Assembly: GCA_048128005.1 (NCBI GenBank) | Contig: JBEUKZ010000112.1 | Location: 806,001 to 870,000, forward strand | Direction: 5' to 3' | Source of the DNA: Veleropilina oligotropha | Taxonomy: Eukaryota | DNA: 64,000 bases | Shown: positions 38,923 to 52,685 of the stretch, piece by piece | Numbering within the stretch: the first letter of the stretch is position 1 | Layout of the letters: each line of letters opens with the position of its first letter | Notes under the pieces: generated by a model | Database searches by the model: none | Told to the model about the DNA's origin: nothing | Seen by the model: only the letters and a program-made list of their open reading frames with translations | Translations under genes and position numbers: made by a program

Positions 38923-39365
38923 TTTATCCCCCGGTTACCATCGGAGGGATCTTGCCATCGTCTAGTCTGGCTGTCCGTCCGTCCATCTGTTTGTATGTCT
39001 GTCCGTCTGTATGTATTGTAATTGATATATCTTTACAAAACATGCTGGGTAAACTACCGAGTTGGTGAAATTGTGCATTTTGCCAGTTTCGAGGTTGTGC
39101 GACGAATATTAACAGAGTTATTGCCCTTGTTGTAAATTCGTTAATGTTATCTTTTCCGGAGCATATCTCATACACAGCTCAACATAGCTTTACGAAACTT
39201 GCTGGGTGTATTACGTAGTTCGTGAACAAGTGCCATTTATTAATTTTGATGTTGTGCGGTGATTATTAACAGAGTTATTTCCCTTGTTGTATATTCGTTT
39301 ATGTTATCTTTCCCAAGAGTGTATCTCATAAACCGGTCGGCATATCTTTTTTAAATTTGGTGGGT
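38923..39365 (+). mobile_element. Partial HINE/pearl-like element
   Basis: Same head, (GTCC)n and ~150-bp repeats as 26461-27175; 3' end missing. Confidence 0.65.
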
Positions 39366-42300
39366 GTTAGAGCTTTTAATTTAGGATAATAAAAAAATTC
39401 GAAAAACAAAACAAAATGGCCACCACATTTTCCTTAAAAAGGCCAAAACTCGAGACCTACGTGGCGTACAGACCTGAATTTGCGGCATTCGATTCAGATT
39501 GGCCATATGTATATATATATATTAATAAATTTTACGGAAAACAAATTTAAAATTTAAAAAGTTCCCAAAAAATTATAAATTATAAATTTTCGATTTTTCT
39601 TTAAATTTGCCATAACTCTTATTCAGGAAATGGCCTAATTAAGGAAAAATGCATATATGTGGGCCTATAGTGCATGAAATGAACTCCTATTGACGTGTGT
39701 AGTCAACATTTACCAAATTTACAAGATAAAATTGAAAAACAGGAAGTGGCTCGACCGCCATTAAAGCTTTTATTTCAAGTGGCAATATATCAACAATGAT
39801 GCGCCGTGGACACATAGTTACTATGGGGAGCCTATGGGAAGTCATGGTTGGGCTTTCAAATGCGACCTTGACCTTTGACCTCAGTTGACCTACATTGCGA
39901 AAAATGACCTATTTAAGGAAAAATGCATATATGCTTGCCCATAGTGGCTAAAATGAACTCCTATTGACGTGCGTAGTCGCTATTTACCAAATTTCCAAGA
40001 TAAAATTAAAAACAGGAAGTGCCTCGGCGGCCATTAAAGCATTTGTTAGAAGTGGAAATATATCACCAAGGATGCACCGTGGACACATAGTTACTATGGG
40101 GACCCTATGGGAAGTCATGGTTGATCTTTCACATGTGACCTTGACCTTTGACCTCAGTTGACCTACATTGCAGGAAATGACCTAAGTAAGGAAAACGACA
40201 TATTTCCGCCAGAAAAAGACATGTTTGCCAGAAAATGGTCAGGAAATGGCAAACTCTGTTAATATTGATGCTAGAGCTTAGATATTTTAAATTAGGATAA
40301 TAAAAAAATTCGAAAAAAAAAAAAAATGGCTACCACATTTTCCTTAAAAAGGCCAGAACTGGAGACCTACGTGGCGTACAGACCTGAAATTTGCGGCATT
40401 CGATTCAGTGTATATAATAATAAAATTCTAAGGAAAAAAATCAAAATATTTAAAAATTAAATTTAAGTTAAAAAAAAAAAAAAAAAAAAATGGCTGCAAT
40501 GCAAGCGATAGGACGCGATCAGCTTGAAGCCCTGTACAGCTGCTTGCAGCTTTAATTAGGGCTTCAAGCTTTCAGGCTTGAAGCCCTATTGTTATTCTAC
40601 GAATTATTATTATTATGATTTATTATTTTCTCCACGATTTTGTGACAGCGATAACTCAAAAACTGCCAGAGCTACAGCAATAAAATTTTGCAGGCTTATA
40701 GGTGCATTAGTGAAGTTGTGCCGCGTCCTTAACGTAGTCTCTAGGTCGCATAGTTTCGTCGTTATCATGTGTTTTTTAAAAAAAACACCACTTTTTATAA
40801 AATCTTCTTCTCCAGAACCACTGACGCGATTGAAACGAAACTCGGAATATATCATTTAGACATCATGTACATATTTGTTTGCACATGTCAAGGCAATCTG
40901 ACACGTAAAAAAGCAGCTACGGCCATCTGAAGTCATCAAAATATTTCAATAATTTGATATTTTTTATTTCAGCTCTAATTCTTAAATGACTTTTTGGTTT
41001 AAGGTCTGAAGTTGTGCTGGGTCGTTAAACCTAGTCTCTAGGTCGCATAGTTTCGTAGTTATCATGTGTTTTGTCAAAAAAACACCACCTTTTAAAAAAT
41101 CTACTTCTCCAGACCCACTAACGCGATTGAAACGAAACTCGGAATATATCATATAAACACCATGTAGATATTTGTTTCACAATATCAAGGCAATCGGACA
41201 CGCAACAGGGCAGCTACGGTCATCTGAAGTCATCAAAATATTTCAATAATTTTATTTTTTTAATTTCAGATTTAACTCTTAAATTGCTTTTTGGATTAAG
41301 CTTGCATATCTATGGGCGCGTAGGCGCTTATGTTAAGTTATTTTTACAATAAAGATTTAGTCAACAGGGGTCACGGATTGGCCGCCATCTTGGATTGTTT
41401 GAAAAACTTAAAACGTCAGTTTCTCTTCAATCGTTGGTCCGATCGAAATGAAACTTCGTCGGTAGGGCCGTTGTGTTATGTTTCTATTGTTTTATAAACG
41501 AATACTGGGTAGGATGAACATAATAGCAGCTAAGATCATTTGAAAATTAAAATCTTAATTAGATGTATCTTCCTTAATTTTTAAGTACGTGAAAGGAAAT
41601 ATAGTTCATTATGAACACATCAAATTTAACTAATGCAATATATATAAAAACTGTCACTCAGAATATTATTTTTAGAGTAAAAAGCAATTGCGTTTTATAT
41701 TCTAAAAGTTAAATAACTTAGCTGTAACTAGGACTACGAACTTGAAATTTAAATACAATACGCATCACATTTCTGTGAATTTGTATGTTCAATTTCATAG
41801 CGCTATGACTGGTGGTTCAATATTAAAACAGTTTATTTTTTGCGTTCAGTCAGAAGAATTGAACTGCATTAATTGCTTTAATTGCTAGCAGTCAATATTA
41901 TCCAGCGACTCTAAATTAGTTTATGAGCTCTATGGCCGGCCTGTGGCCACCGCAGGCAGATAAATCAGCAATTAGCAGGTCGTAAACCTGGACAGAGAGA
42001 GATAGAACTTTAGAAATAAATTTCTTCCCACGTGTCTTGATGGAACTATTTGAAATGTCTACTGCTGCATTTACCATTATGATTTATCCAAATTAATTGG
42101 TCACCATCGTAATGTCATGTATATTTATACCAGATATGAGCACAGTTTACGTCGACTAATCTCCTTTTTATTACCATGTTTAGTGTTCAATAGATAACTT
42201 GGAATAAAGTAATCAGTATTTATCAACAATAATAACGTTCATAAATATTTCACTAATATATTGTCTGCTAATCGGGAATGTGAGCTTGAATTGAAGGCTG

Positions 42301-44005
42301 TAATCTAAATTCAGTTAGATGTGATTAATCCTAACCAAAGGTGCGAAAGTATACGTCGTGGGCATGAACCTACACAACGAAGGACACGATTGTTTTAATT
42401 TTGACATCTTTGATTGACTCTAATTGCCGTTACAATGTTTATGTTTGTGGGCTAACAGTGTTGCAATAACAAATAAACTAAGCTGGTATTTGAAAAGACT
42501 GTAATAGCGTGTGTAACTGAGATGTTTATGTCAAATAATAAAAAATATATAATTATAAATGATCTTTAGTATAATATTGTTTTTCAGTAAGTAAATGTCG
42601 CAAACAAAAAGCAATCGCGAACAAGCAAGCAGCTTCCATCGCTAATGAAATTGTAGCCACGCTATACATTTAAACATTTGTTAAATTTCGCGGAGATCCG
42701 GCTAATACTTTCAGTTTTAGGAAAAATGCATTTTATGTCCCGTTGTGTCCACTTATCGCTGTACAGTTCTTTTGATAGTGGCTTTTATTGCGCCAAGGCA
42801 AACAGCCAAGCAGCCCATGAAGGATGGTCCCAACGGTCAAAGGGCGCCCCTACAATTTATCTCATTGTCAATGTTTCTTAATTGGCAATTAATCTGCATG
42901 CCGCATTAACTTTATGCCGCCAGTGCAAACATTGGCCCGGCTGGCTGGCAGGACGTTATATAATATCACTGCAGACGTATAAGGTCAAATACCACAGTCT
43001 TTAGACATCCATGTAAATGTTTCTTAACAAGACCAAATAAATTATATGTGTGCTTCCTATTACCTTGTCAAAAAATAGGTAGGGTAGGTAGGTGAAATGG
43101 TTTTTTGCTTTTTTAATCTTTTATTACCAATTTACTAGGGTAGGTAGGCAGCTAACAATTTTTTTCCTTTGAAAGAAACTGATCAATATCGCGTATTGTA
43201 ACAGTGCAATAAATGTGTATGTAAAGATTTGTCTATATGTAGTCAGAATATTCTAGCTAGGTCTTTCTGAATCAAGAAATGAAGCTACTTTAATTGTTTA
43301 ATTTAAGACAGATTTGAAACATTATCATAGCCCTGTTATTGTTGGGATTTATTTATAAATTGCTGAATGGTAAGTAGACAATTCGTATTTCCTTCGCAGG
43401 CATAGAGCCTATATAATCTTTTTAGCTATTTGAACTTATGCGTGTTACCATAAAATTTACCTTGCTCTAATTTATTTTTATCTTTTTTAGAGTAACAAGA
43501 CTTAGTCAAGTAAAATAGGAAATATTTTAACGACCGAACATGAAATAAAGTTACCGATTATTACGTGTTAGCAGTTTATTTGTGAGCGGGAATGTATAGG
43601 CCTTATATTTTGTGATTTTTAAAATATATTATCGTAATTAATACGATTTAGACCACCTTATAAGATGAATCTTAATATGCGCAGATGGGCTCGTACGTAG
43701 GAATAAAGCCATGAATCCATGTGCACGTAGTGGGTATGCGACTATTTGTCAAAATGTATCAAAATCAGTAAGAACGATGTAGGATATGTTATAGGCTACG
43801 CAGGGAGGTAGTCATTTTATTACGTTTATTGATCCATTTAAAAAAGTTTATTTCAAGATAATATATGAACGTAATTTTATGACATTAGAACAAACAGATA
43901 TCGTAGCTTCATTACAATCTGTGTCTGTGGAAATTATATACTGTATTTAAAATAATATCCTTGTATAATAAAGAGAAGTTTACGGCACAAGAGCTTATCG
44001 CCCAA

Positions 44006-46367
44006 TGTTACCTCGCCTGCCGCGACGGACACTAAAACAATGGGAGAATTGATTAACGATGAAATCAGACACTGGTTTATTTACTGAAGACACATGTGCG
44101 AATCTCGGCACTCAAATTTACAATATGAATGTAAATATTATATAGCTTGGACTTATGGTGCGCAATGGATGTACTAAGACATTGGCTATTAATACAATGA
44201 ATGGAATAGAATATTCAAATGCTAGGTTCATACAAATGAATAGCAACATACCAACATGTTAAACTACAATATAGAACATTCTGCCATTTCCATGTAGTAA
44301 ACATATGATTAATGCATTTACATTAAAACACTGAACTCTTATCATAGAATAATAATATACTGTTATAATTAATCGCAGACAAAACAGTCTCCCTCAGATT
44401 GATTATATCGCGTCACAATATTGACTACATTTTACATAATACAGTGCCACTTGAAAATAACATGCAGTAATACTGTCAGCCTTAAATGTTATTTCAGACT
44501 TAATAGATAAACAGCAATTATTCATACATGGTTGAATAATTTCACTTAATAATGAAAAATCAATATAAACAATAATTTCTGCCCAATCGACCATCTCACG
44601 AACGATTGCTACAGTATCAACAAATGCAATCTACACGCAAACTCTATATGACGACACGAGTTATCTCCCTTGGATTACAAAATCGGGCAGCGATTCGTTG
44701 GTGCAATGACATACAGATAACAACAGCAGTACCCAATATTATACCGTTAAGAGTCGTATTGGTAAAACTAGTGAGGTTAACAAACAGTAACGAACGTAAT
44801 CTCAAATGGGAAATATGGCAATATTTCAGATACAACGTTATTTCGACATCTCCGCTCTAACAGAAGTTAGCGGTACAAATTTAACACTGGGTGCAGTTCG
44901 ACAATCAGCGTCGCTCAACGAAAACATCGACTTAAAATATATTTATACATTTTGCCTCTAAGAAACAATAGCTATATCCAGTGTTAAGATACTTATACAT
45001 GGTTCATACAGACTTGAAAAGGTCAAATTTAGGGCCTTTTTAGGGCCTTTTAGGGCCATATTCGGCAAAATTTAGGGCCAGTCTTAACTGCTATAATGAA
45101 ATCAAATAATAACTAACAACACTAAGGCTGCATAAAATTAATTTTTAGATTCTCAGGCACTTTTTTTCAAAAACTGATGAGGGAGGGAGGCTTTTTTTTT
45201 TTCTTGTTTATTGCTGTAAAAAGTGATGAGGGAGGCTTTTTTTTTTTTAAATTTAACACTTTAATATATTTTTATACTTTCAATAAATATGTAATATATT
45301 ATTTCCCCAATGGCTGTATTAATCTTGAACACAAAGTATCTACCAAATGATTCCACAGCGTCAGAAACGATAGCCGACGAAAATATATCGTCGAATTGGT
45401 CGTTCTTTGACTTTCCGACCTGAATTGTCACTGCTGCATTGTCGTATTTGTCCAGTAAACCCGACCAGTCTAAATCTCCGGGAAGCGACTTCGACACTAT
45501 TGCGTAGTATAATTCGCTCAGAGTGCATTGCTTATCAAAGCCACAAATTATTGTCCATGGTTTAATAACAGCTGCACCGTCTGTTATCTTTATAGAAATA
45601 AGCAACGCCATGCTATATAAAGTTAAATGACCCAGCGTTTCCATGACATCGCACATGCGACGCAAGTCAGCGATGCGCGCATGTCGATACAAGAAAGGAA
45701 ATAGCCTCTGCGCATGTCGACATTCTTGTGGCGTTCGATTTTTCTTTTAATACTTGGTTTTAATCGGAAAACGCGAATTTAGCCGACATATCATCGGAGA
45801 AAATCGTTAGCATCGAGTTATCGAACGTTGCACGCCGCTGGGACATATTTAAAGTTGGACTATATTTAGAGTCGCCATAACCAGGATGTTGTAAATTACT
45901 TTCATTGAAAACATCGTTTCATTAAATTTAGGGCCAAAATATGAATTTTTAGGGCGAACTTCTGCATTTTTAGGGCCTTTCAGGGCCTTGTAGTCAATTT
46001 AGGGCCTTTTCAAGCAACCACCCCAAATTTAGGGCCTTTTCAAGCGCGTGCGAACCTTGTTATATATCATAGTACATGCATGTCATCATTATTAAATTGA
46101 GTTACATACCTAAAACAATGGGAGAATTGATTAACGATGAAATCAGACACTGGTTTATTTACTGAAGACACATGTGCGAATCTCGGCACTCGCCAGACGC
46201 ACCATGGGCCAATCAAAACCAGTGACTGTACAAGAAGAGAGAGACCGTGATGTTCATTGGTTAACTGCCACATGTGCAACTATGTAGGAATATGCAAATA
46301 CAGAATATGCGTAAATTTACATAATTTATCTCCCTCATGAGTGTTCGGCGATCTATCGATCCTTACA
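44006..46367 (-). repeat. 3' LTR (1295 bp plus 1067-bp insertion)
   Basis: Near-identical to 52686-53980 apart from the insertion. Confidence 0.95.
44998..46059. mobile_element. Non-autonomous hAT5-like DNA transposon inside the 3' LTR
   Basis: Imperfect 25-bp TIRs (CATGGTTC...CTTGAAAAGG), 5-bp TSD TTATA, many tttagggcc subterminal repeats; empty site seen in the other LTR; ORF remnant at 45261-45692. Confidence 0.8.
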
Positions 46368-46380
46368 TTCTCCCCCACTA
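46368..46380 (-). promoter_or_regulatory. Polypurine tract
   Basis: TAGTGGGGGAGAA abutting the 3' LTR. Confidence 0.85.
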
Positions 46381-46865
46381 AATCAAATGTCGTCTCAGAC
46401 ATTAACTCTCACAAATTCAAATCACAATGACAATTATATCAATACAACAATTCCATTTCATTCACAATGAAAAACTAATTGACAACTCCTTAATACTGTA
46501 AGCAGAGATACACTCCTTAACATGGATTAATACAATCATTGAATGGCCTATTCAATAATGATGTCCTAAACATAGTTATCCATGATTTACAGTTCATCCT
46601 CAGATAAAAAAGGGATTCAATTAAAGTTATTTACTCAATAACATTGGTTTCGCATTTAACTAGAACTCTTTCCTGGGTACCCCTTTACAATTAGTAAGTT
46701 CTGCATTGTTAACATACTTAAAAGCACTATACAGACCATCTTACTACTTCAACCAAGTTATTTACATCACACTGTTTGGTTACAAGTCGTATATATACTA
46801 TATGCTATCATTTACTAACATAAAAATTCACTATGGTTACCCATGGGAACCACTTACAATAAGCT

Positions 46866-49800
46866 TTACACAAATTGTGGTGTCCCAACTGGGTACCACC
46901 CCTGGACTACCGGGTAAGCTGGTACAGGATAACCCCGTTGGAGCATGTGGACATGTGGTAGCTGTCGATACTGTGTACTCTCTCCCAGCTGGTCATAGGT
47001 CAACCTAGCTGGAGGTCGGCGTTCTCGTGGTTGTCTTTGGATGTGTTCTTCGGATTGGTCATCCTCGGTCTGGTCCGGCTCATCCCTTGTGGACTGGACT
47101 ACAGATGGCTCAGTAGAATCTTCGTCCTCGACTAAGTCTTGCTCACGTGGAACAAACGAATCTGCTTCTGGGTCAAGGCTGGAATCTTCAGGGAAAATCT
47201 GCCAATCATCTTCATCATGGTCTATATGAACCTCTTCGTCCAGATCTGGTTGTTGAACTTTGGAAGGGGCAGGTTTAGTAGGTCCTTTAACTGGCTTAGG
47301 AGATGGAGTCTCCAGGGGCAACCCATCACATGGCAGCAAGAGATTTCGGTGTACAATCCGCTTACCACCACTGCCATCTTCTGCGCTGATCTCATAAACG
47401 GGGCTATCCTCTTTGATGCGTCGCAGGACTATGTGGATCTTCGGCTCCCAATACGATCGTAGTTTTCCCGTTCCACCACGTTCACTCAAATTACGAATTA
47501 GTACTCTGTCCTTTGGTAGAAGTACACTGCTCCGAATCTTGCGGTCGTACAGCTTCTTACCCTTTCTCGTTATCTTGTCTGTATTCTGGGCCGCAATATC
47601 ATGAGCTTGTTGCATTCCCATCCTCCACTGGTCAACATACTGCTGAGTTGATCCTGTACGTTCTTCGCTCTGAAGTCCAAACATGATGTCAACGGGAAGC
47701 CGAGGAGATCGTCCAAACAGCAGGAAATAAGGTGAGTATCCAGTTGCATCATTTCGCGTACAATTATAGGCGTGCGCGAGTTTGTTGACATGGCTCTTCC
47801 AGTCACCTTTACACGTTTTTGGGAGAGTTTTCAACATCTGGATGATGGTACGGTTGAACCTTTCGACTTTGCCGTTTCCTTGAGGATGATAAGGGGTGGA
47901 CCTGGATGCAGCAACCCCAGACAATCGTTGAAGATGGTGAAACAGATTGTTGTCGAACTCTTTGCCCTGGTCGCTGTGGATTCTCTCTGGGAAACCGAAT
48001 CGCAGGATAAAGTCGTTAAAAACCTTCTCGGCCACGGTCTTTGAAGACTTGTTCTTGGTGGGGTAGACCTGGGTAAAGCGAGTAAAATGGTCAACTAAAA
48101 CCAATAGGTATTCGAATCCTCCTTTACAGATATCAAGATGAAGGAAGTCTATGGACAACAACTCGAAAGGTGAGCATGTCGTGATTGGCTTTAGGGAGGC
48201 TCTTGCTGGTAGAGTCGGAGCTTTATCTTTCAAACAGGGACAGCTCTTCAGGACATACTTATTAACGTCTTGACTCATCCCAGGCCAGAAGAATCTCTCG
48301 CGCACCATCGCTAGTACACGGTCAACACCCAAGTGTCCCATGTTGTTGTGGAGTTCGTGTAGGACCTTCGAATGGTATTTCTGTGGTAGGACGAGTTGAG
48401 AACGTGTATCGCCTCCCGGTAACGTGCACTTCCTGATCAAGATTCCTTTCCCATTTAACTGTAATCTTGGAAATTCTCGCATGAGGGGATTCTTGTCCTC
48501 TGGTCGTTTATACTGGAGCGTGCCCTTTCTTCCATCCCGGATGAGTTTAACGACGGGATTGATGATCTCATCTTGTGCTTGTGCTTTTATGATTTCTGCC
48601 TCCGACAAAACTGGAAGGGTTGTTGATATGTAGTCATCCTGGAACTCGTTGGGTAAGGAAGAATCCGCTGACAAGGCTGCAGTGATGGTTGGTTCACCAG
48701 TCATGGGTGATGTGGCTCCATGTATCGCTGCGGTCATGAGTTCTGGCGACATGGTCTCGACGCATTCTCGCATGATCTCATTGATGTCGAAAGGTATACG
48801 AGAGAGACCATCGGCATCACAGTTCTTCTTACCAGGACGGTACTTGATGGTGAAACGGAAATCTGTTAGTTCCGCAACCCATCGATGACGTGTACTGTCG
48901 AGCTTGGCTGTAGTCAGCACGTATGTGAGGGGGTTGTTATCTGTATAGACTTCAAAATTTGGCGCATAATACAAATAATCTCTAAACCTGTCCGTGATGG
49001 CCCATTTCAATGCCAAGAATTCCAATTTTCCTGAGTGAGTGTGATAGTTCTTCTCTGATGGGCTAAGCGTCCTGGACCCGAATCCAATGACACCAAGGCG
49101 ACCATTCTTCTGGGGTTGGTACAGGACAGCTCCAAGACCATCTTGAGAGGCATCCACATGGAGAATGAATTTCTGGTCGAAGTTTGGGTAGGCCATAACC
49201 TGGTCCGTCATGAGGTCATCCACCAGCTCTGTTAGGATGCGTGCATGTTCCGAGGTCCACTCGATTGGCGATGATGATGATGCTTGGTTGGTGTTTCTCT
49301 TAGTTTTAGGTTTACCTTTCCTTTGATACCCTTCCTCTGGCTTCTTTAGTAGATCATACAGAGTAATGGCCCTTCTGGAGAAATCCTTCAAGTACTTCCG
49401 GTAATATCCTAGGAAACCCAAGATTTGACGAAGTTCCCCTACCGTGGTCGGACACTTCTCTTTCATCTGCCGGACGGGTTCTTTCTCAGCTGGATCCATG
49501 TAGTAGCCTTGTTCCGATACGATATGTCCAAGGTACTTGACTTCTCTTCTAAAGATCTCACACTTGGTTGGTTTGAGCTTTATACCCGAATTTTTAAGGC
49601 GTTGCAGGACTGTTCTGGTGTGGTTGAGATGGTCTTCGAAAGTCTCGCTGTAAACCAAAACATCATCCAGATACGGGATACAAATCTTGTCTCTTAAATC
49701 CTCGAGAACCGTATCCATAAACCCCTGAAACACGCCGGGGGCTCCAGTCAATCCAAATGGAATGCGCTCCCATTCATAAAGACCCCAAGGAGTTATGAAA

Positions 49801-51401
49801 GCTGTATACTTCTGACAATCCTTCTTCACTAATCCCTGGTGGTAAGCCTTACCTTGATCGAAGAGCGAAAACCAGGACTTTCCAGCCAAACCATCCAGCG
49901 CATCTTGGATTCTGGGTATGGGGTGGCGGTTCTGGACTGTTTTCCGGTTGATTCTCCTGTAGTCAATGCACAATCTCAACTTACCATCACGTTTGCGGAC
50001 GCAAACCATTGGACTGGAGTATGGAGATTTACTCTTCCGGATCCATCCTCTCTCAATCAAGTCAATGAGGTAGTCTTTGACTTCCTGGTACAGAGGGCGA
50101 GGGATGGAGATGTAGTTTTGCTTGACAGGGTCATCATCGGTTAACTGGATATCTAGTTCTAGGTCAGGAGCGAATCCGATGTCACCATCATCTCGAGAAA
50201 ATGCATGGCACTCCTCAAACAGCATTCGTGTCACCATTTCTCGCTGGCACTCGGACAAGTTGCTTTTGTCCAAGTCGATTGGAGGGTTCCAGAATTCGGA
50301 TTTGTCAGTTTTGGTTTCTGGTTTGGGTTCTTCAGCTGCACGATTCTTGGGGTCGACAGGAAGGATGGATCGCACCTCCACCAGCGAACCTAATAATGTC
50401 TTACTTCTAATGGACAGATCTTGATTTGAGTAATTTGAAACCATTACATGAACTGGGACCCTAGTCCCTCGTTTGACATTAACAACAGATTCATGCACAA
50501 CAAGACCGTCGGGCCAACATTGTTCAACATTTGGCTCGAACATTACAGTGGTGTTTTCTACAATATCAGTTTTAACAAGACATTTTACGTTTATTGTGGT
50601 ACCTTTTAACACCTTAACACCTTGCCTACCAGTGGACACAAAGCCAATCTCATCACTTTGCTCTGCAGAGATGAGTTTTACCACCGCAGTCAGGGTCTCT
50701 CTGGTTTTTGTAGGTAGACCTGTTTGAATCAATTGTATCTTGATGTCATTACCTTCCTTCCCCACAGTATCACTCAAATATTGCCCAATTACATTGTACC
50801 CCACTATGGGACATTCCCCTGGAATGTCTGCTATCAAAAACGGTACTTGGAATTTGCGATTACTTTTGTCACCTAGTAGTTTAAAGTCAATGGGGGTCCA
50901 TCCCTGAAAAGGGACAGACATGCCATTTGCTGCCATTATCGTTAGATTCTGTTCACCGAGCAATTGAGATATCGGTTTGATTTCAATATTACTCAGATAT
51001 TTCTTAGCCCATTTGACAGGGAGTAAACAAACTTGTGAACCGGTGTCCCACAGTACTTCAGTTTGAACATCATTCAATGAGCATAACATTTCACATTTTG
51101 TACCAATTAATTTTAGCAACTTATCTTGTGTGTGACAATGAATACATGGGTTACCCTTTGTAATATCTGGTTTTTCAAGTGATTGAACTGCCGTACATAT
51201 TGTTCTATGATAGATTCTATGGGTTGCTTGGCAACTTTTCGAACAATATGTAGCAGAGTGGCAACCACTACAAATCAAACAATCACCTGTCCTACCACAT
51301 TGTACGCAAATCTGCAGGGACGTAGAATTTCGGGTCGAGGCTAGTCCCTCAGTGTCGACGACCCGTTGCCGTTTCCCTGCTGGTTCCGCTTTGCCTTGCA
51401 C
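46866..51401 (-). CDS. pol: Gypsy Pol: MYND finger, protease, RT, RNase H, integrase (expressed by -1 frameshift)
   Basis: LWDTGS, YLDD, LHVDAS, H..GH..CPC, SIDFL / SDQG / VERFNR; uninterrupted 1511 codons. Confidence 0.96.
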   Translation of the reverse strand: MQGKAEPAGKRQRVVDTEGLASTRNSTSLQICVQCGRTGDCLICSGCHSATYCSKSCQATHRIYHRTICTAVQSLEKPDITKGNPCIHCHTQDKLLKLIGTKCEMLCSLNDVQTEVLWDTGSQVCLLPVKWAKKYLSNIEIKPISQLLGEQNLTIMAANGMSVPFQGWTPIDFKLLGDKSNRKFQVPFLIADIPGECPIVGYNVIGQYLSDTVGKEGNDIKIQLIQTGLPTKTRETLTAVVKLISAEQSDEIGFVSTGRQGVKVLKGTTINVKCLVKTDIVENTTVMFEPNVEQCWPDGLVVHESVVNVKRGTRVPVHVMVSNYSNQDLSIRSKTLLGSLVEVRSILPVDPKNRAAEEPKPETKTDKSEFWNPPIDLDKSNLSECQREMVTRMLFEECHAFSRDDGDIGFAPDLELDIQLTDDDPVKQNYISIPRPLYQEVKDYLIDLIERGWIRKSKSPYSSPMVCVRKRDGKLRLCIDYRRINRKTVQNRHPIPRIQDALDGLAGKSWFSLFDQGKAYHQGLVKKDCQKYTAFITPWGLYEWERIPFGLTGAPGVFQGFMDTVLEDLRDKICIPYLDDVLVYSETFEDHLNHTRTVLQRLKNSGIKLKPTKCEIFRREVKYLGHIVSEQGYYMDPAEKEPVRQMKEKCPTTVGELRQILGFLGYYRKYLKDFSRRAITLYDLLKKPEEGYQRKGKPKTKRNTNQASSSSPIEWTSEHARILTELVDDLMTDQVMAYPNFDQKFILHVDASQDGLGAVLYQPQKNGRLGVIGFGSRTLSPSEKNYHTHSGKLEFLALKWAITDRFRDYLYYAPNFEVYTDNNPLTYVLTTAKLDSTRHRWVAELTDFRFTIKYRPGKKNCDADGLSRIPFDINEIMRECVETMSPELMTAAIHGATSPMTGEPTITAALSADSSLPNEFQDDYISTTLPVLSEAEIIKAQAQDEIINPVVKLIRDGRKGTLQYKRPEDKNPLMREFPRLQLNGKGILIRKCTLPGGDTRSQLVLPQKYHSKVLHELHNNMGHLGVDRVLAMVRERFFWPGMSQDVNKYVLKSCPCLKDKAPTLPARASLKPITTCSPFELLSIDFLHLDICKGGFEYLLVLVDHFTRFTQVYPTKNKSSKTVAEKVFNDFILRFGFPERIHSDQGKEFDNNLFHHLQRLSGVAASRSTPYHPQGNGKVERFNRTIIQMLKTLPKTCKGDWKSHVNKLAHAYNCTRNDATGYSPYFLLFGRSPRLPVDIMFGLQSEERTGSTQQYVDQWRMGMQQAHDIAAQNTDKITRKGKKLYDRKIRSSVLLPKDRVLIRNLSERGGTGKLRSYWEPKIHIVLRRIKEDSPVYEISAEDGSGGKRIVHRNLLLPCDGLPLETPSPKPVKGPTKPAPSKVQQPDLDEEVHIDHDEDDWQIFPEDSSLDPEADSFVPREQDLVEDEDSTEPSVVQSTRDEPDQTEDDQSEEHIQRQPRERRPPARLTYDQLGESTQYRQLPHVHMLQRGYPVPAYPVVQGWYPVGTPQFV
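51315..51377 (-). promoter_or_regulatory. Predicted -1 programmed ribosomal frameshift signal
   Basis: G GGA AAC in the gag frame (51377-51371), 5-nt spacer, stems CGGGUCG/CGACCCG and AGGGAC/GUCCCU. Confidence 0.8.
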
Positions 51402-52600
51402 CCTCTCATGAAGTGTTCCCCGGAACCACAGTAAAAGCAGTGGTCACAGAGTTCTCCACCGTGGTGTTTTCGACAGTCTGGGCATCCAGATTTCCTTCGC
51501 GGCTTTCGTTCATTGTCCCGTTCTCGTCCATTGGGCACTTCCCGTTCTCGTCCATTGGGCACTTCCTTCTCCTTGAATAAGGCGGCGATGTCTGCTTTCA
51601 GTTCGCTGCGCAAGTTGGCGAACATCTTCGTTAACGGAGCGGTGTCGACTTCTGCTTCTTCTGGAACAGCTTCCACGGAATGCGTCTTGACTTTCTGCGT
51701 CACGGCTCGGGCGTTGGAGTGGACTTTCTTCCTTTCTTCGAATGAGGTAACCGAACGGTTCACCAGGGCAATCAGCTGTTCTTCTGTTGGGTTAGCTTTC
51801 AACGTGACCTTCAGGTCTTGGCTTATGCATTCATCCCTCAACCCAATCTGGATTGATTGAAACGTCATGCGTCGCACCAATGTAGCATCGTACTTAAAAT
51901 CAGATCCCTCTTCTAGCGAAGACGTCACCACTTGATGTCCCAGATCTAGCATTCTGAGGACAAAGTCTAATGTCACTTCTTCTTGACGTTGGCTACCTTC
52001 ACACAGTTCCCGATATAACTCGTTTGCCGACTTCTTCCTGTAGCATTGCAGGAGCAGTGCTTTTAAGTCTGATACTGTTAGTCCTAATGCGACCCTGCAT
52101 TCCAGGTAACTGTGCAACTGTTGAGATGAATGTACAGCGTGTACAATGGCGTGAACGATTTCGGATTCACTGTATCCCTTCTCCATCGCTATATCGATTT
52201 GTCTGCATACGTTTGAGTAGCTTATGCCCTTGCTACCATGGATACTACCCGTGACCACAAAGTCTCTTCGAAATGATATCTTGGGCACAGCTGGTTTATG
52301 CATTGGCGGTACTGCCGCACTGACATCAGATGACTGGGAGACAAGGTCTTCACTAGCCTTCCTCACTTGAGCGATTGCAGTTAGCATGTTCTTAAGTCTG
52401 GCTATGACCTGCTCTTCGTCTTCGAGGCACTCTTGAAGATGTTTCTCTACCACTCTTGTTAGTTTAAACCTGGTATTATCTTCCGGCACGGTACATATTG
52501 CCAGGTCATGTGTCATGTTTTTAAGTTCTGGTATAGTTAAATTGTACAGTCTTTGTTTCACCTCGAGCTCCAATTCCCCGATCGCCTCAGGATCCGCCAT
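51341..52600 (-). CDS. gag: Gypsy Gag with CCHC knuckle
   Basis: First ATG at 52600 (MADPEA); [14 protein letters not shown]; 24-bp duplication (EVPNGRER x2). Confidence 0.92.
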   Translation of the reverse strand: MADPEAIGELELEVKQRLYNLTIPELKNMTHDLAICTVPEDNTRFKLTRVVEKHLQECLEDEEQVIARLKNMLTAIAQVRKASEDLVSQSSDVSAAVPPMHKPAVPKISFRRDFVVTGSIHGSKGISYSNVCRQIDIAMEKGYSESEIVHAIVHAVHSSQQLHSYLECRVALGLTVSDLKALLLQCYRKKSANELYRELCEGSQRQEEVTLDFVLRMLDLGHQVVTSSLEEGSDFKYDATLVRRMTFQSIQIGLRDECISQDLKVTLKANPTEEQLIALVNRSVTSFEERKKVHSNARAVTQKVKTHSVEAVPEEAEVDTAPLTKMFANLRSELKADIAALFKEKEVPNGREREVPNGRERDNERKPRRKSGCPDCRKHHGGELCDHCFYCGSGEHFMRGCKAKRNQQGNGNGSSTLRD

Positions 52601-52665
52601 CTTCGCTCGAGACAGGTAAGTCACTAGGTTGCTTGGGATCCACGCGTTATCTTGCTGGCATCCTT

Positions 52666-52683
52666 CTCCTGGCAAGCTCGCCA
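52666..52683 (-). promoter_or_regulatory. Primer-binding site, probably tRNA-Arg(ACG)
   Basis: TGGCGAGCTTGCCAGGAG 2 nt after the 5' LTR; resembles the complement of the tRNA-Arg(ACG) 3' end (from memory). Confidence 0.7.
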
Positions 52684-52685
52684 AA

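Larger units (their letters stand above)
34695..40555 (+). mobile_element. Helentron-like unit E2
   Basis: Head AGGGCTTCAAGC-tttcag-GCTTGAAGCCCT (x2), interior X, 274-bp-repeat tail, 3' stem-loop. Confidence 0.55.

Noticed and set aside
44403..44860. ORFs duplicated in both LTRs
   Set aside because: Short, overlapping on opposite strands, no motifs; identity is due to LTR duplication.
47041..52254. Plus-strand ORFs over gag/pol
   Set aside because: Antisense shadows of a long coding region.
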